Below are positions 12,204 to 25,398 of a DNA stretch of 64,000 nt, piece after piece (position 1 is the first letter of the stretch; the number at the start of each line of letters is the position of its first letter). The DNA is from Rhynchobatus australiae (taxonomy: Eukaryota): NCBI GenBank assembly GCA_034780895.1, contig JAUZTB010000107.1, forward strand, positions 32,645,258-32,709,257, given 5' to 3'. The translations under genes were made by a program, and so were the position numbers. The notes under the pieces are model-generated. The model was not told where the DNA came from, did no database searches, and worked only from the letters and a program-made list of their open reading frames with translations.

Positions 12204-15057
12204 CTAGCTTTTTGAACCTCCTTGCTTGAATATCCTTCAAGCAAGCATACTGAAGCTCCCTTCCCAATAGCATTTGATGTTTATGTTCATAGAAGGACTG
12301 CAGCACTTGTTGGGCCTGTGACTGTGCTGTATGATTCTATGACTTTGACTCAAATTTTGATGGAATTTGATTCAAGGAGGATTACAAGTTATACCAGGAA
12401 TCCTGGACATTCTGACACACTCCACCCTTGAGCAGCATATAATTAAATATACAATTGCTTCATAAAATGGAGATATAAATATACATTGAATTCTATTAAA
12501 AATTCTCCTCCATGGAATATTAATTCTATCTGGATACTCTTTGTACTCTTCTGAAACCTATGATGGAATGTAATTGGTCATGTTGCAGTAAAACATTTGG
12601 TATTTAGTTTTTGAATTTCCATTTCTATTTACCATTTAGTATTAATGTTCACTTTGGTACCTTGAAAGATTTTATATTTGTCCATAATCAAAGGAGAAGA
12701 TGCAGTGGAAAATCTACAAAAAAATTAATGGCTGTACAGTGACACTTTTTTTTGTATGGCAATTGGACAAGAATATTTAAATTATGTACATGGCTTACTC
12801 TGTGTTATTTACCAAACAGTGGATTTTACATGCAGACAGAAATAGTTTCTTTTGATTTCTATATGTTCCTGAAAGAATCCTTATGGAATGCAGTATTTCG
12901 GTAATTCATAATCATGGTCAAGTTATTGACTTTTTAATCAAATCTTCAAGCGCTCTTTGGTGGAAACTTTTCCTTCATGTTTGAGTATTTTTCTAAAAAT
13001 AAAATCTTGTGCGATTGACCATTGTGTCCATCTACTGGTGATGGCACTGTTGCCGAAGAGAAGTTTTTTTTTGTCACAGCCCTGTTATTTCTCATGAAAT
13101 TGCAATTTGATCGGATTCCACCCTTATAATGCTGTTATATTCAGGTAGAAGAATAGATGGGCAAATGGAGAAAACAACAGTTTCCTGTAAATGACATTAT
13201 TGTTTATGTAACTAATCTGTCCAAAGGTCAGATTAGGCCAAAAATAAAAATGTGAGCTGAAAAAAGGACAAAATGGAACTGAGCTGAAAGGCGGTTTTGA
13301 AAACAAAGTGACCAAGCTAGAGCATGAGCTGAATACATACAATTAATGCTCATGAACAATTGTGGGTAGAAATATTCACTCTGTGGCTGTGATGAAGCAT
13401 GTTCAGCACTCACTACAACATTGCTGTTCAGATTTAAGCCTGATTTTTCACTGTTACTGGCATGGCTTATCTTGTGCTATTAATGACAGGAGGTGAGCTT
13501 TTTTTTTTGTCCCATCAGCTAATATTCATCCAATAATAAAAGGACAGATTAAACTAACATATACCAATACTTCTTGTGGGTCAACACAATTGGACATAGT
13601 TGAAATGGGGTATATGATTGCATTCTTCATATAAATATTTTGGCTTACTCTGCTACTTAAGAAACTAATGAGAATTATAAGAATTGTTTTATTTCTATTG
13701 ACTGCATTTTGCTAATTAACAAAATGATTATGCTTAAAGGGAATAATATTGAAGATTGTATTTTGCCCATGTCCTTTTAATGAATGGCCTACCTGCCATT
13801 ATGTATAGAAATATTAGTGTCTGATTCATCACTCTAGGCCTCTGAAGTGCTGGTCTGGTAATATAATGGCTATCCCTATGTCAATCTTAATTTAAATAAT
13901 CACTTGATTTTATCTGGACAAAAACATGTAAATATTATATCCAAGCAAGATTACAAACAATTAATACATACACTTAAACCACAGTGGATGAAGGAAAAAG
14001 TGGAACTGGATACATAAAAACAGATATACCAATGAAAGGAAAGCTTGCTACAGTGTCATGTATAAAGACACTACACGAGTTGCCAGTTAGTTGTAGTGAT
14101 GCCAGAAGATGTTCAGCACTTTTAGACATGAGATCAAGTGGGGAAACTTGTTTTAGTGAAAATGCAAAGTGTAAATAGTATGCAACTTTACACATGAGTA
14201 TTGGGATCTATTTCAAGAGTCAATATTTTTCTGAGTAACAGAATTTCAGAATTCTTAAACTGTAATACATTCATCAAGAGAAGTACTTTTGCATTGTGAA
14301 TAATAAAAATGTGTTATTTTGGTAGAGGATTTAGAAGCTGTAAAGAAAATAGACAATGAATTTATAAAACCTAGCAGCAGTTATTGATGTAAAAGTAAAT
14401 TGTGCCTATGTTTAGGATCTCAGAAACCTGAACAAGGCTACTAAAAGGAAACAATTATGCTGAAGAACTTCCATCAGTGGCATACAAATGAAAAGTAACT
14501 TGGGTAAATTGATTTTTTTCCTTTAGTTTTTGGCATTTGAAATTGGATAACATAAATTCAACTAAAGTAGCACAGAATTTGCATTTAATGAATAAATAAC
14601 CTTTGTCAACCTCAAAGGCAGACCTCCACAAAGATCTTATGACATCTGTGATGAAAGTTTTGTATTTACTGACACCTGTCAGAAATCAATCAAAGGTATC
14701 CCTGATTTCTAACACTTTGTGATTCCATCAAATTCTCTGAACATCCCTGGCTTACAGTGAGAGGCAAGCAAAAACATTTTTTTAAATCAAATTTCATATA
14801 TTAATTGGTGTGTTAAATGCAGGTAATAACATAAAATGTCATGCTTAAATCTTTTATATAAAATAAACTCCTTTGTATACTTAAATATTTGCGAATGAAT
14901 TGCAATAATCAAACAAATTATAGATTTTTTTTGGATGAGTTGCTAAGCAGTAATTATTATCAAACTACACATTTTAAGAATTCAACCAGGTCTTAATATT
15001 TTCAACTTATTTTTCAGTGGGGTTAGATTGCAATTATCTTAGATTTGTGTTAGCTTA

Positions 15058-17286
15058 ACTAGTCAGGTAACAGACCCCTCGATGGGCGAGTACTTCAGAG
15101 ATAGTGACCTCAACTCTCTGACCTTTAGCGTAACCATGGACAAGGACAGGAGCAGACAATATGGGAAAGTATTTAATTGGGGGAGGGCTAATTACGATAG
15201 TATTAGGAACAGATGTTCTTGGAAATGCACAGCAGAAAAGTGGAGGTTGTTGGGGGACCANNNNNNNNNNNNNNNNNNNNNNNNNNNNNNNNNNNNNNNN
15301 NNNNNNNNNNNNNNNNNNNNNNNNNNNNNNNNNNNNNNNNNNNNNGAAGGAAGCAGACTTAAGGTTGAGGAAGCAGAAATCAGACAGGGCTCTTGAGAAT
15401 TAAGGTAGCTGGGAAGGAGCTTTAGAAGGGGATGTGGGAAAGCCTTGGTAAGTAGAATTAAGGAAAGCCCCAAGGCATTCTACACGTACGTGAAGAATGG
15501 GAGGATGGCTAGGGTGAGAGTAGGACCGCTCAGGGATTAAGGGGGAAACGTGCCTGGAGGTGGAGGAGGTAGGGGAGGCCCTTAAGGAATACTTTGCTTC
15601 AGTGCTCACTAGGCAGAGGGACTTAGATGAATGTGAGGTCAGTGTAGAACAGGCTAATGTGCTGGAACATGTTGAGGTTAAGAAAGAGTAAGTAATGGAG
15701 CTTCTGAAAAACATTGGGATAGATAAGTCCCTGGGACCAGACAGGATATGCCCCAGGTTATCACGGGAAGTGATGGATGAAATTGCTGGGGCATGGACAA
15801 TGATATATTTGTCCTTCCTGGCCACGAGTGTTACCAGAGGTTTGGAAGATGGCAAATGTTGTTCAAGAAAGGTAATAGGATTAATCCTGGGAACTGTAGA
15901 CCAGTGAGTCTTATGTCAGTGGTGGGCAAACTATTGGAGAGGATTCTTGGGGACTGGATTTAACGAGCATTTGGAGAAGCATAGACTTGTTAGGGATAGT
16001 CAACATGGCTTTGTGAGGGGCAGGTCATGCATCACAAGCCTCAATGAGTTTTTGTGAGGAGGTGACAAAACAAATTGAAGGTAGAATGGTGGATGTGGTG
16101 TATATGGATTTTAATAAGGTGTTCAGCAAGGTCCCCCATGGTAGGCTCATCCAATAAAGTCATGAGGCATGAGATCCATGGAGACTTGGCTGTGTGGATT
16201 TGGAATTGGCTTGCCTACAGAAGGCAGAGTGAGGTAGTAGATGGAGAGTATTCTGCCTAGAGGTCAGTGACCAGTAGTGTTCTGCAGGAATCTAGAACAT
16301 AGAAAAACTATGGCACAATTCAGGCCCTTCGGCCCACAAAGCTGTGCCACAATTCTGTTCTAGGACCCCTTTTAAAAAAAAAATAAATAAATTATAAATG
16401 ACTTTGAGGAAGTGGAGGGGTGGGTTAGTACGTTTGCAGGTGAGACGAAGATTGGAGGTGGTGTGGATAGTGTAGAAGGTTGTCATGGGTTACAATGGGA
16501 TATAGACAAGATGCAGATTTGGGCAGAGAAGTTGGCAGATGGGGTTCAATCTGGAAAAGTGTGAAGTGATGCACTTTGGAAGATTGAACTTGAAGGTGTA
16601 CAAGGTTAATATTAGGATTCTTAGCACTGTGGAGGAACAGGGATCTTGGAATCTATGGACTTGGACCCCTCAAAGTTGCCGCACATTGATAGGATGGTTA
16701 AGAAGGCTTTTGGTGTGCTGGCCTTCATTAGCCGGGGGATTGAACGTTACAGCTCTACAAAACACTGGTTAGACCACACTTAGAGTATTGTGTTCAGTTC
16801 TGGGTGCCTCATTGAAGGAAGGATGTAGAGAAGAGATTTACCAGGATGCTGCCTGGATTAGAGAATGTGCCTTATGAGGAAAGGTTGAGCGAGCTAGGGC
16901 TTTTCTTTTTGTGGAGTGATGGAGGATGAGAGATGATGTGATAGAGGGGTATAAGCTTATGAGAAGGATAGATAGTGGACAGCCATCACCTTTTCCCAGG
17001 GCAGCAATGGCCACTATCAGAGGATATCTGTTTAAGGTGAATGGAGGAAAGTCTAGGGGACATGTCAGAGGTAGGTTTTTTACTCAGAGTCATGGGTGCC
17101 TGGAACGCACTGGGGGTGATATAATAGGATCATTTAAAAGATTCATGGATTGGCACATGGATGTAAGAAAAGTGGCGGGTTATGGGCTGTGTAGGAGGAA
17201 AGGGTTAGATTGATTGTCCGTTAAGTTTATAAAGGTCAGCACAACATCATAGGCTGAAGGGCCTGTACTGCTGCTACTCTGTGTTC
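15058..17286 (+). mobile_element. CR1 LINE ORF2 (endonuclease C-terminus, RT, 3' UTR), frameshifted and dead
   Basis: Fragments GEYFRDSDLNSLTF, DKSLGPDRICPRL, RPVSLMSVVGKLLERIL, SQHGFVRGRSCIT, FN.EKCEVMHFGR; RT FADD motif mutated to FAGE (~16433-16444); tail gctgaagggcctgtactg. Confidence 0.95.
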
Positions 17287-17820
17287 AATTGTTTACTCTT
17301 GTTTGTGCTGTAGGAGGCTGGAATAGCACAGCATGTAAAGGAATGCTGAAGCAATGACAGGAGCCATGATGTTTCCACTTTAAACTACATGTGCTTCAAA
17401 ATCACTGGATTACAACTACAGAATTGGACTATCATGCGCAGTACTTTGTATGATGTACTAATTCTGAAAACTTTCATTGACGTTTTGATGCTGTTAGTGC
17501 TTCGCGATACAAACTATTACTTAAGAGGAAATTGGAAATATCAACAAGCAAGTGGACTTCATAACATTTTAGATCTATCCAAAAATCCAATGTATTGAAA
17601 TATATTTATGGAAGTATTTGAAGTTATTAAGAGTTGATCTGAATGTTAGTATAAGTTAGTGTTCATGAATCACATCCACTGATTGTGTGTTGAGAAGTTG
17701 TGCAGTATCAAGCATCGCATATATTCAGCACTATGAATGTAAAAGGTTGCAACTTTGTATTTTTGGAATGAATGAATTGGCAGTTGTGGCAACTATGTCA
17801 TTAGTGAAGACAGTAAGTTT

Positions 17821-18063
17821 TTTTTAAACTAATTCATACAGCATAGTAACTACCCTTGTGGCCCAATGAGTCAGCGTCACCCATTTAAACCCATGTTAAC
17901 CTACCCGTATGTCTTTGGCACGTGGGAGGAAATTGAGAGCACCCGGAGGAAACCCACNNNNNNNNNNNNNNNNNNNNNNNNNNNNNNNNNNNNNNNNNNN
18001 NNNNNNNNAACCCCGATTGCTGGTGCTGTAATAGTCATGCTAACTACTACGCTACCATGCCGC
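17821..18063 (-). mobile_element. tRNA-derived V-SINE (same family as 30516-30771), interrupted by an N gap
   Basis: Reverse complement matches the head gcggcatggtagcgtagtagttagc, core gggtttcctccgggtgctc and tail tacgggtaggttaa...gggtttaaatggg. Confidence 0.9.
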
Positions 18064-19764
18064 ATGAAAGCATGAAAATCTTCAGCGTTAATCAATTGCA
18101 TATACACCTTACAAAAAAGGCATGTGGATACTCTATTGCTAGCTCATGTCAAATCTTGGAAAATATATTGGTTCTTGCATATCCACTTTCTAAAAACAAA
18201 CCTGGGTGAAGGTAGGAATAAATGCAGCAAGATATAATAAGAATGATCATACAAATCAAAATTGAAGTACATGATTTTCATTGATCATAAAATTTAACAG
18301 ATTTCTTCGAGATTGCCAATTATTAAGATTGTAAATGTATTGATTTACCTTTTTAAAGATACTTGTAATAAAATATTTAAAGGATTTACTTCCCTATCAA
18401 TTCTTTCTTTACATCCACTAATGTAGAGGTTGTTACTTCTGGTGGGAGTTCAAGTATATAGCACTGTGACAGTGTGTAAAACCCCACTGGCCTTCAGTTC
18501 TGCAAAGGTTGCTTATCTTAAACACAATGTTGTTGGCCTTTGGCAACTATCAATAGAAATATGGATATTGCCATTGATCGATAGTAACAACCTGATCAAA
18601 ATGTTAGGGCATTGCAATGTTCCCACTCAATGTTCAGCCAGACTATTTATTGTCTTTCTTTTTGATTAAATTTTCTGCTAGTGCATAAAATATGAGCATG
18701 CATGCATTTAGTAATGGCAAAACTTCCTCTGTATTATATTTTTCATTCTGTGCAGTAGAATGTGATTCAGCCCCTATGCTTATGGGCTATTGAAATATAC
18801 AAACTGAAATCTCCAAGGAGTTTGATAACCTGGGTCTTTTAATGATTTCTCATTCAAATCTTGTCAAAAGAGGCTTCAGACCAAAATGCTACATATTGCA
18901 CAACTTTTAATTGGCATGTGACTACATATTTTCAATCATGATCTGATTCTTGCCGTGCAATATAGTGAGTGAAACAGACTTGCACACCTAGAGCCCAATT
19001 TTGTGCACACTTCACTGAATATCGGCTCTATTCTTTGCTGTACTGAGCATGTCGAAGTAGTTAAGAACATTGAAATCATCCATGCTTGGCATCAATAAGT
19101 TTGCAAAAAAAAAGTTTGCCTAACCTGGTTCACGATAATGCCAGGTTATTCTAAATTCCATCCTCTCTCCCTCACACGATGGCTTACTGATATCCCAATA
19201 GTAATAAGTGGGAAATTAATAACCAAATGGATGCTCTTAGATTTATTAAGGATGATCTGAATTTGGCTTTTTTTCTAATTTGTTTTATTGAAAAGACCAA
19301 GCACAGGAGGCATCAATTTAATTTGTAAATGATAGATTCAAACGGCATGAAGCTCATCAAATTTCATTTGCCAGTGTCTGGTGTATTTTGGATACGTAGC
19401 AGTAAAGATCAAATAGTTACCTTTTTAACCAGCAAGTTATTGCTGTGGGGAGCAGATGGGTGTGTGGAGTTGGTGCTACAAAAAATCATCACATTCCTTG
19501 CAATTTAAATCTGCTGTTAAAGTATGGATGAATTTGGATCATCTTGTGATGTGTGGTGTTAGATATCCACATTGTTCTGCATTATCCTAAATTAATCTAT
19601 GAGTATTATACACAAAATATCTGTTTCAGGGATGACAAACTGAAAATTTAGTGTTCCTAAAGACCTGAAACATAGTTCCTCCTCCACCCACACCCCTGCC
19701 TCCATCGATGCTACATCAGTTGCATGTGTTTTTGCTCCAGATATCCAGCATGACATTCACCATA

Positions 19765-20084
19765 CATAAGGTGAATGTACTCAGTCTTTTTCGCAGGTGT
19801 GGGGAATCAAGAACTAGAGGCACAAGTTTAGGGTGAGAGGGGAAAGATATAAAAGAAGCTTGAGGGGCAACTTCTTTTACACAAGGTGGTATATATGTAG
19901 AATGAACTGCCAGAGGAAGTGGTTGAGGTAGTTACAATAATAACTTTTAAAAGGCAGTTGGATGGGTTTGTGGATTGGGAAGGTTTAGGAGGTTTTTGGC
20001 CAAATGCTGGTGGATGAGGCATCTTTACCGCCATGGACCAGTTGGGCTGAAGGACCTGTTTCTGTGCTGTATAGCTCTATGACT
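19765..20084 (+). mobile_element. CR1 3' end inserted into a Penelope-derived tail
   Basis: gaatcaagaactagaggcacaagtttagggtgagagggg...aatgaactgccagaggaagtggttgagg...gggctgaaggacctgtttctgtgctgtatagctctatgactct. Confidence 0.9.
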
Positions 20085-22959
20085 CTGCAGTCTCTTGTGT
20101 CTCCATATTCTTAAAGTTCAATGGGTTTCCAACAGCCAGCCTTCTCGGTTTTATGTCCTTTGAGTTTTGCGTATTAGCGTATTAGTTATGGCTTNNNNNN
20201 NNNNNNNNNNNNNNNNNNNNNNNNNNNNNNNNNNNNNNNNNNNNNNNNNNNNNNNNNNNNNNNNNNNNNNNNNNNNNNNNNNNNNNNNNNNNNNNNNNNN
20301 NNNNGTCAGCGAAGGAACTTGAATTAAGTGAGTAATTTTGATTTAGGATGGAATATAATACTGATGGATTCAACGTATTTAATGTACTGAGAAACTGCAA
20401 TTACTAAAACTTTGACTATTTGTTAAAAAAAAACAATTTCTTTTAAGAACAGTCAATACTCAGACCTATTGCCAGGATTTGTATAAAGAACCATTCATAG
20501 CAACATGATCAGATGTTGAAGTATCTGGCTAAAATCTAATTATTTTGTGATTTTTGTCATCAGACATTGAATTCTCTTTGGAGAAGCTTTACATCTGAAT
20601 GACTGACTGTGAAGCAACAAATAAAATTGGAAAAATAGGATGCTGTAATAAATTAACCATGTAATTAAGTTGTATCAGTGCTATCAATTTGGTACTGCTA
20701 CTAAATATGTTACTTATGAAAATATCTTCCCTTCCAATTCCAAATAATTGGAATAATTCTCTTCCCTTCAAAATTTATTTATTGATTGTACATCATACTC
20801 TGACCACAAGATTTTCCAGTTTTGTTTGCATGACTGACAGTATATCAAAGTGTGTGGAAAAGATCACCTTTTAACTAAATCTGCCATAATTATTAGAAAG
20901 GGGTTACTAAACATGTGAAAAATTGGATATAACCATTGCCAATGGTTTATTTACTAGCTGTTCCTCAATTGTCCCTTCTCAGAAATATTGTGCGAGTACA
21001 TTCTAAGTTAATGTAAATTCAAGAAATGTAAGTTTGAACTTTGTGTCACCGGACCCATTTTTTCCTGTGGTTGTTCCTAACATGTCCATGGTTCTTTCTG
21101 TATTGGACTAACTTGAGGTAATGCTTATCAGGTTTTCTTTGTCAACAATCATTAATCACTTAAAGAGCAGTCTTGTCTGACTGGTTCAGGTGTAAACTAT
21201 CCTCTGAGATGGCAATGAAGAGTTAACAACACCCAATTAATATCTTTTCAGTGCAAGACACCATCTCCTCTGTAAAGGACCTGAAGCACATGCTAGGACC
21301 AGGAGCTCTGTGGATGACATAAAGATTTGGGCAATCAATTGATGTGTATGCTAGAAGCTGCACACCATTTTATTGCTCAGTGCTATAATTAAATACTGCT
21401 CTTGACCCCAATTAAAGAAAGGCAAAATGAGTGCTACTTTAAAACCATCCTCTGCATGTACTGTTTCTGATCACAATGCATTTTCGTGACATTTGATAGA
21501 TATTGGGATATTATTGGCAAGACATCATTAATGTTCTCAAAAGTTATTTTGCACTTATTTTGGAAATCTTCCAATGAGTTCACCTACAGAAAGTAAAGGT
21601 TATTTTGCTTAAGGTGGAGACCTTGCAAGGGTCATTAGGAGAAATGAAGGGATGGGGATGGCAAAGTGCAGTTGAGGACAGGCAGAGCAAAATGATATGT
21701 TGAGTGTGAGAATGATGAGACAGGAGGATGAGTAGGGCTCCAGGTTCTTTAATCTAGTGGATGCTACTGAAATTTAAAGAAGGTGATTTAGAAGATTTCC
21801 TGGAATTCCCTCAGGAGGCTTTGGGCCTCCTCTCATGCAAAATATTATCATGGGCTTCAGCATTCTGCACTGCTTCAAGTGAAAACTGTTTCAAAGTCCC
21901 TTTCTAAGATACTGGGAAATTGAATCTAACAGCAAGGGGACTTTAATAAAGAGAAGNNNNNNNNNNNNNNNNNNNNNNNNNNNNNNNNNNNNNNNNNNNN
22001 NNNNNNNNNNNNNNNNNNNNNNNNNNNNNNNNNNNNNNNNNNNNNNNNNNNNNNNNGAGAAGAAATGCTTATTTGTCAGGATAGCGCTTCTTACTATGAC
22101 TATCTGCCACAAAGGATGCAGACCCTGTAGTTGCCCACATTATGTGTTGTTATAATGATGCACAGCAGTTGGTCATGGGATGCCATTCTTAGTGTGGTAC
22201 AGCCTTAAAACAGCAATGCTACACAAGACACAGGTTACAGTTTCTGACCTCAGTCATTGGATGGTGCAAGATGATGTGCCCTACAGGTCACGAGATGGAA
22301 TTGGTCTGCCTTTCCTAACTTAAGATGATGGGTTCTAAGCTGTGTAGTGATCTTCAGACAAGTCTGGAAGCAGGTCCTCTATGGCCCTATTCATCAATGC
22401 ATCAAGCATTTGTCTTTTCAGATCCATTGGCCTTTTTCTGAAATGTAAGGTTGTGAGGTCCCTGTTGACTCTTCTACGGTAAAATTATGATCTTAACCAA
22501 ATAAATAGGAATGTTTGTTTTCCCTTCTGCTGGCTCCTGGAGAATCCAATGACCATGTTATCAGAGGTGTTTGGCATTAACCTCAAATTTATACATGGTG
22601 TCATTCTTTGAGGCAATCTCAGAGTGGTATTGATTTATGCAGTGTCACCTTTCTTGTACACCTCCTATTTCTCTCCTGGCAAGTGGGTGGGTGCTGGTGA
22701 TGAGGCAAGATCTGATGGTGCTGAGCTGCATCTTAGTTGGAGAGCTGCTAGTGAGAAAGCCCAAAGGATTTGAATTCAGAGCTTTTAGCCACTTTTGGAA
22801 GGTTTTTGGAAATTACTGCATGGTGCTTTATAAGTGAGGATTGATGCTGGTGTCAGGATCCAGAAATAGTTTGTGGATATGTGTGGAAGTTGGAGTGTCC
22901 ACATGGCCCTTGGTATGAGGGCTAAGACTAGGTATTCAAATGCAAGTGATGAATTTCCT

Positions 22960-23345
22960 GACTCTTCAAATCTTGTCATCTATACAATATAAAAATACTG
23001 TCCACTTGGATGGATACAACCAGTAACAATTGGGTTGCTCTACATCGTAACGTAATGTGGCCCATCTGACCAGCAGAGCTTTAAGACATTCACCTTCTAC
23101 TCAAAGCAGACCAGCAGTAGTTCAGTGGATTTTATCCACTATATTAATAGGCAAATTGCTGCAGTGTTTCTTCAACAGGTACATGATTACCACCTAGAAG
23201 AGCAAAGGCAGCAGGCACATGAAACACCCTAAAGCCCTATGGCCTCACTTGGTCACCCAAATTGTCATAAAATCCTGCGACTTCACCTTACTCAGTAGAA
23301 TTGTGGCCATAATGGACTGGTATTTGAGAAAGGTAGCAACAATTT
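22960..23345 (+). mobile_element. Decayed 3' part of a second CR1/L2-group LINE family
   Basis: tgtccacttggatggat...taccacctagaagagcaaaggcagcaggcacatgaaacacc resembles this family's ORF2 end. Confidence 0.45.
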
Positions 23346-25277
23346 TGGAGGAGAATTGACATTTAGCACCTCCAGTGTAGAGTTGCATTTCTATTTTTCT
23401 TTACTCCATAGGCAAATGTAATTTTTTTTTCCCATCACTGTCCTTTTTCTGGATATTTTTTCCACTTTCCTCACTTTCTAACATGTCATTCTTAACATGT
23501 GAGTCTGGATATTGAATGTTGGCATACTTTTTAACTGTGGAAGATTGAAAATGAATTTAATCCTCCTTTTGACTGAAGTCCATGGTCCATAATTCTAGCC
23601 GGTTGGTCAGGAGCAAGTGGCGACAAACCTAACTTTGACCTACCTAAACCATGAGCACTGAAGCAGGCTGCAACTTTTCTGCTAGTGTACCACAGGAATA
23701 TGCCAGCTCACTTGAGGCTGAGAATTGAACATTTTAATGGACTGATTGTACTCATCTGCAGTCAGTGATCCTGCAAGGAATTGCCAGCTACCAACCAATC
23801 AGTGTCTCCATTACATCCTGAACTACCCCATGCGAATATTGTAACACAAGAGTCTGAAATGTCGTGAAGTTCAGGTGACACCATTGGCTGAAGAGGGTGG
23901 TGATGTACTTTGCATCCAGCCCTTAACTTGACACCAGGGAGTGCTGTTGTGCAGATGACAACCCCATCCATTTGAATGGAGTTGCTCACCCTGTCACAAA
24001 AGATAAGTGTAAGTAAGTGCTTGAGTTATTACTTTATTTTTTTTATTATTTGTTAATATTTTAATGATTTATTATTTTTTATTCTTTACGTCTTTCAAAT
24101 AGTTTTAATTGTTTTTCAATGTCTCCAGCTATCAGAAACAAAACTGATACAATAGCCTTTGACAAGCAGTGAGTCACAAGGTGCTCCTGGATGGGAAATC
24201 AGAGTTACACCATGACGATCAACTTGTCATTCCAAACCTGCTGTGCCTTGCAGGGTGCCTCGTTGGTGTGGGATGGTTAAGTGGTTTGGCTACCTGCATT
24301 CAGAAGAGTTGATTGTGGATGGTAACCATGGTTTGTGAGTGCAGGCAGCAGGCTGGGTCCAGGATGATCCAGCCCAGTCCTCTGTATGGTCCAGCTATTC
24401 ACATACTTGTTGGCATGATTTTGAAATGTACATCATGATGTAGGCTCCATCAATCCTACCACCAAGGGAAATATCCTGTTTATTTTTAGGTTAAATGTTT
24501 AAGGTAATTTGATGATGGGAGTTTGCTTCTTAGGTTTTCTTAAATAAATATTTTCAAGTACTTCAGTGAGTAATTTCCATGACTAATTTGAACCACGTTT
24601 GAATCAGATCTTCTTGTAGCAGAGTTTGTGGAGGCTATGATTCATTCTGCTGTCATTATATTCTTCTGTTGAATTTCATTGGTGAAAGCATAATCTGCAA
24701 TGCTTCCACCCTGACAGGGTAGGAAATCCCCATGGTCCAACTCTACATAATTTAACCCCTTGCTTTCTATTTATTTCACTATTTTTGTTTTCATTGTTAC
24801 GATCAAATTTGAGATTTTTGGTCTTGATCAAATTCACAAAATTGATATTCTGCCCCCTTTCAAACAAGTAACTGATGATTGAGTCAAAGTACAAGAATTG
24901 TAGAATCTGTCTTTAAATTCAAAATAAAATTCAACTCATTTTCAAGGATACATTAAATTGTGAATGTTGTGATTTAAATTGGAAAGAAATCTGAAGTATT
25001 TTAAGTATTATTTCTAAGTAGTTAAATAAAATATTACACCACCTTGAGGAGCCCTGTTATCTCTTGAAATAACATTTTGATTGTATGGAAATATTACGTT
25101 ATTTTTTGTGGAATATAGGCTATTTTCTCATTTTAAAATCTTTGGTGTGAAAGGTTGAACATCGACGGGTAAATGTGAATGTCTTTATTCTGAAACTATC
25201 CATCAAAAGTTGGCCAAGGTACTGCAATATCAGATGTGGAATATTAATATCTGTTGATATAAGACAACTGAGTGGAT

Positions 25278-25398
25278 TCTCTGTGGGTGTTCCATCAGTT
25301 GAATGACTCCAGCAGTTCAAGGAGGCAGCTACCCACCACCTATTCAAGGACAATTAGGGATAGGTGATAAAGGCTAGCATTGCCATCAAGACCTACAT
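25278..25398 (+). mobile_element. 3' terminus of the second CR1/L2-group LINE family
   Basis: cagcagttcaaggaggcagctacccaccacctattcaaggacaattagggataggtgataaaggctagcattgcca (Q.FK.AA.HHL.K. followed by tail). Confidence 0.7.

Noticed and set aside
13980-14025. CACAGTG heptamer with a downstream A-rich tract (V(D)J RSS-like)
   Set aside because: The nonamer is not at 12- or 23-bp spacing and no V, D or J segment is nearby
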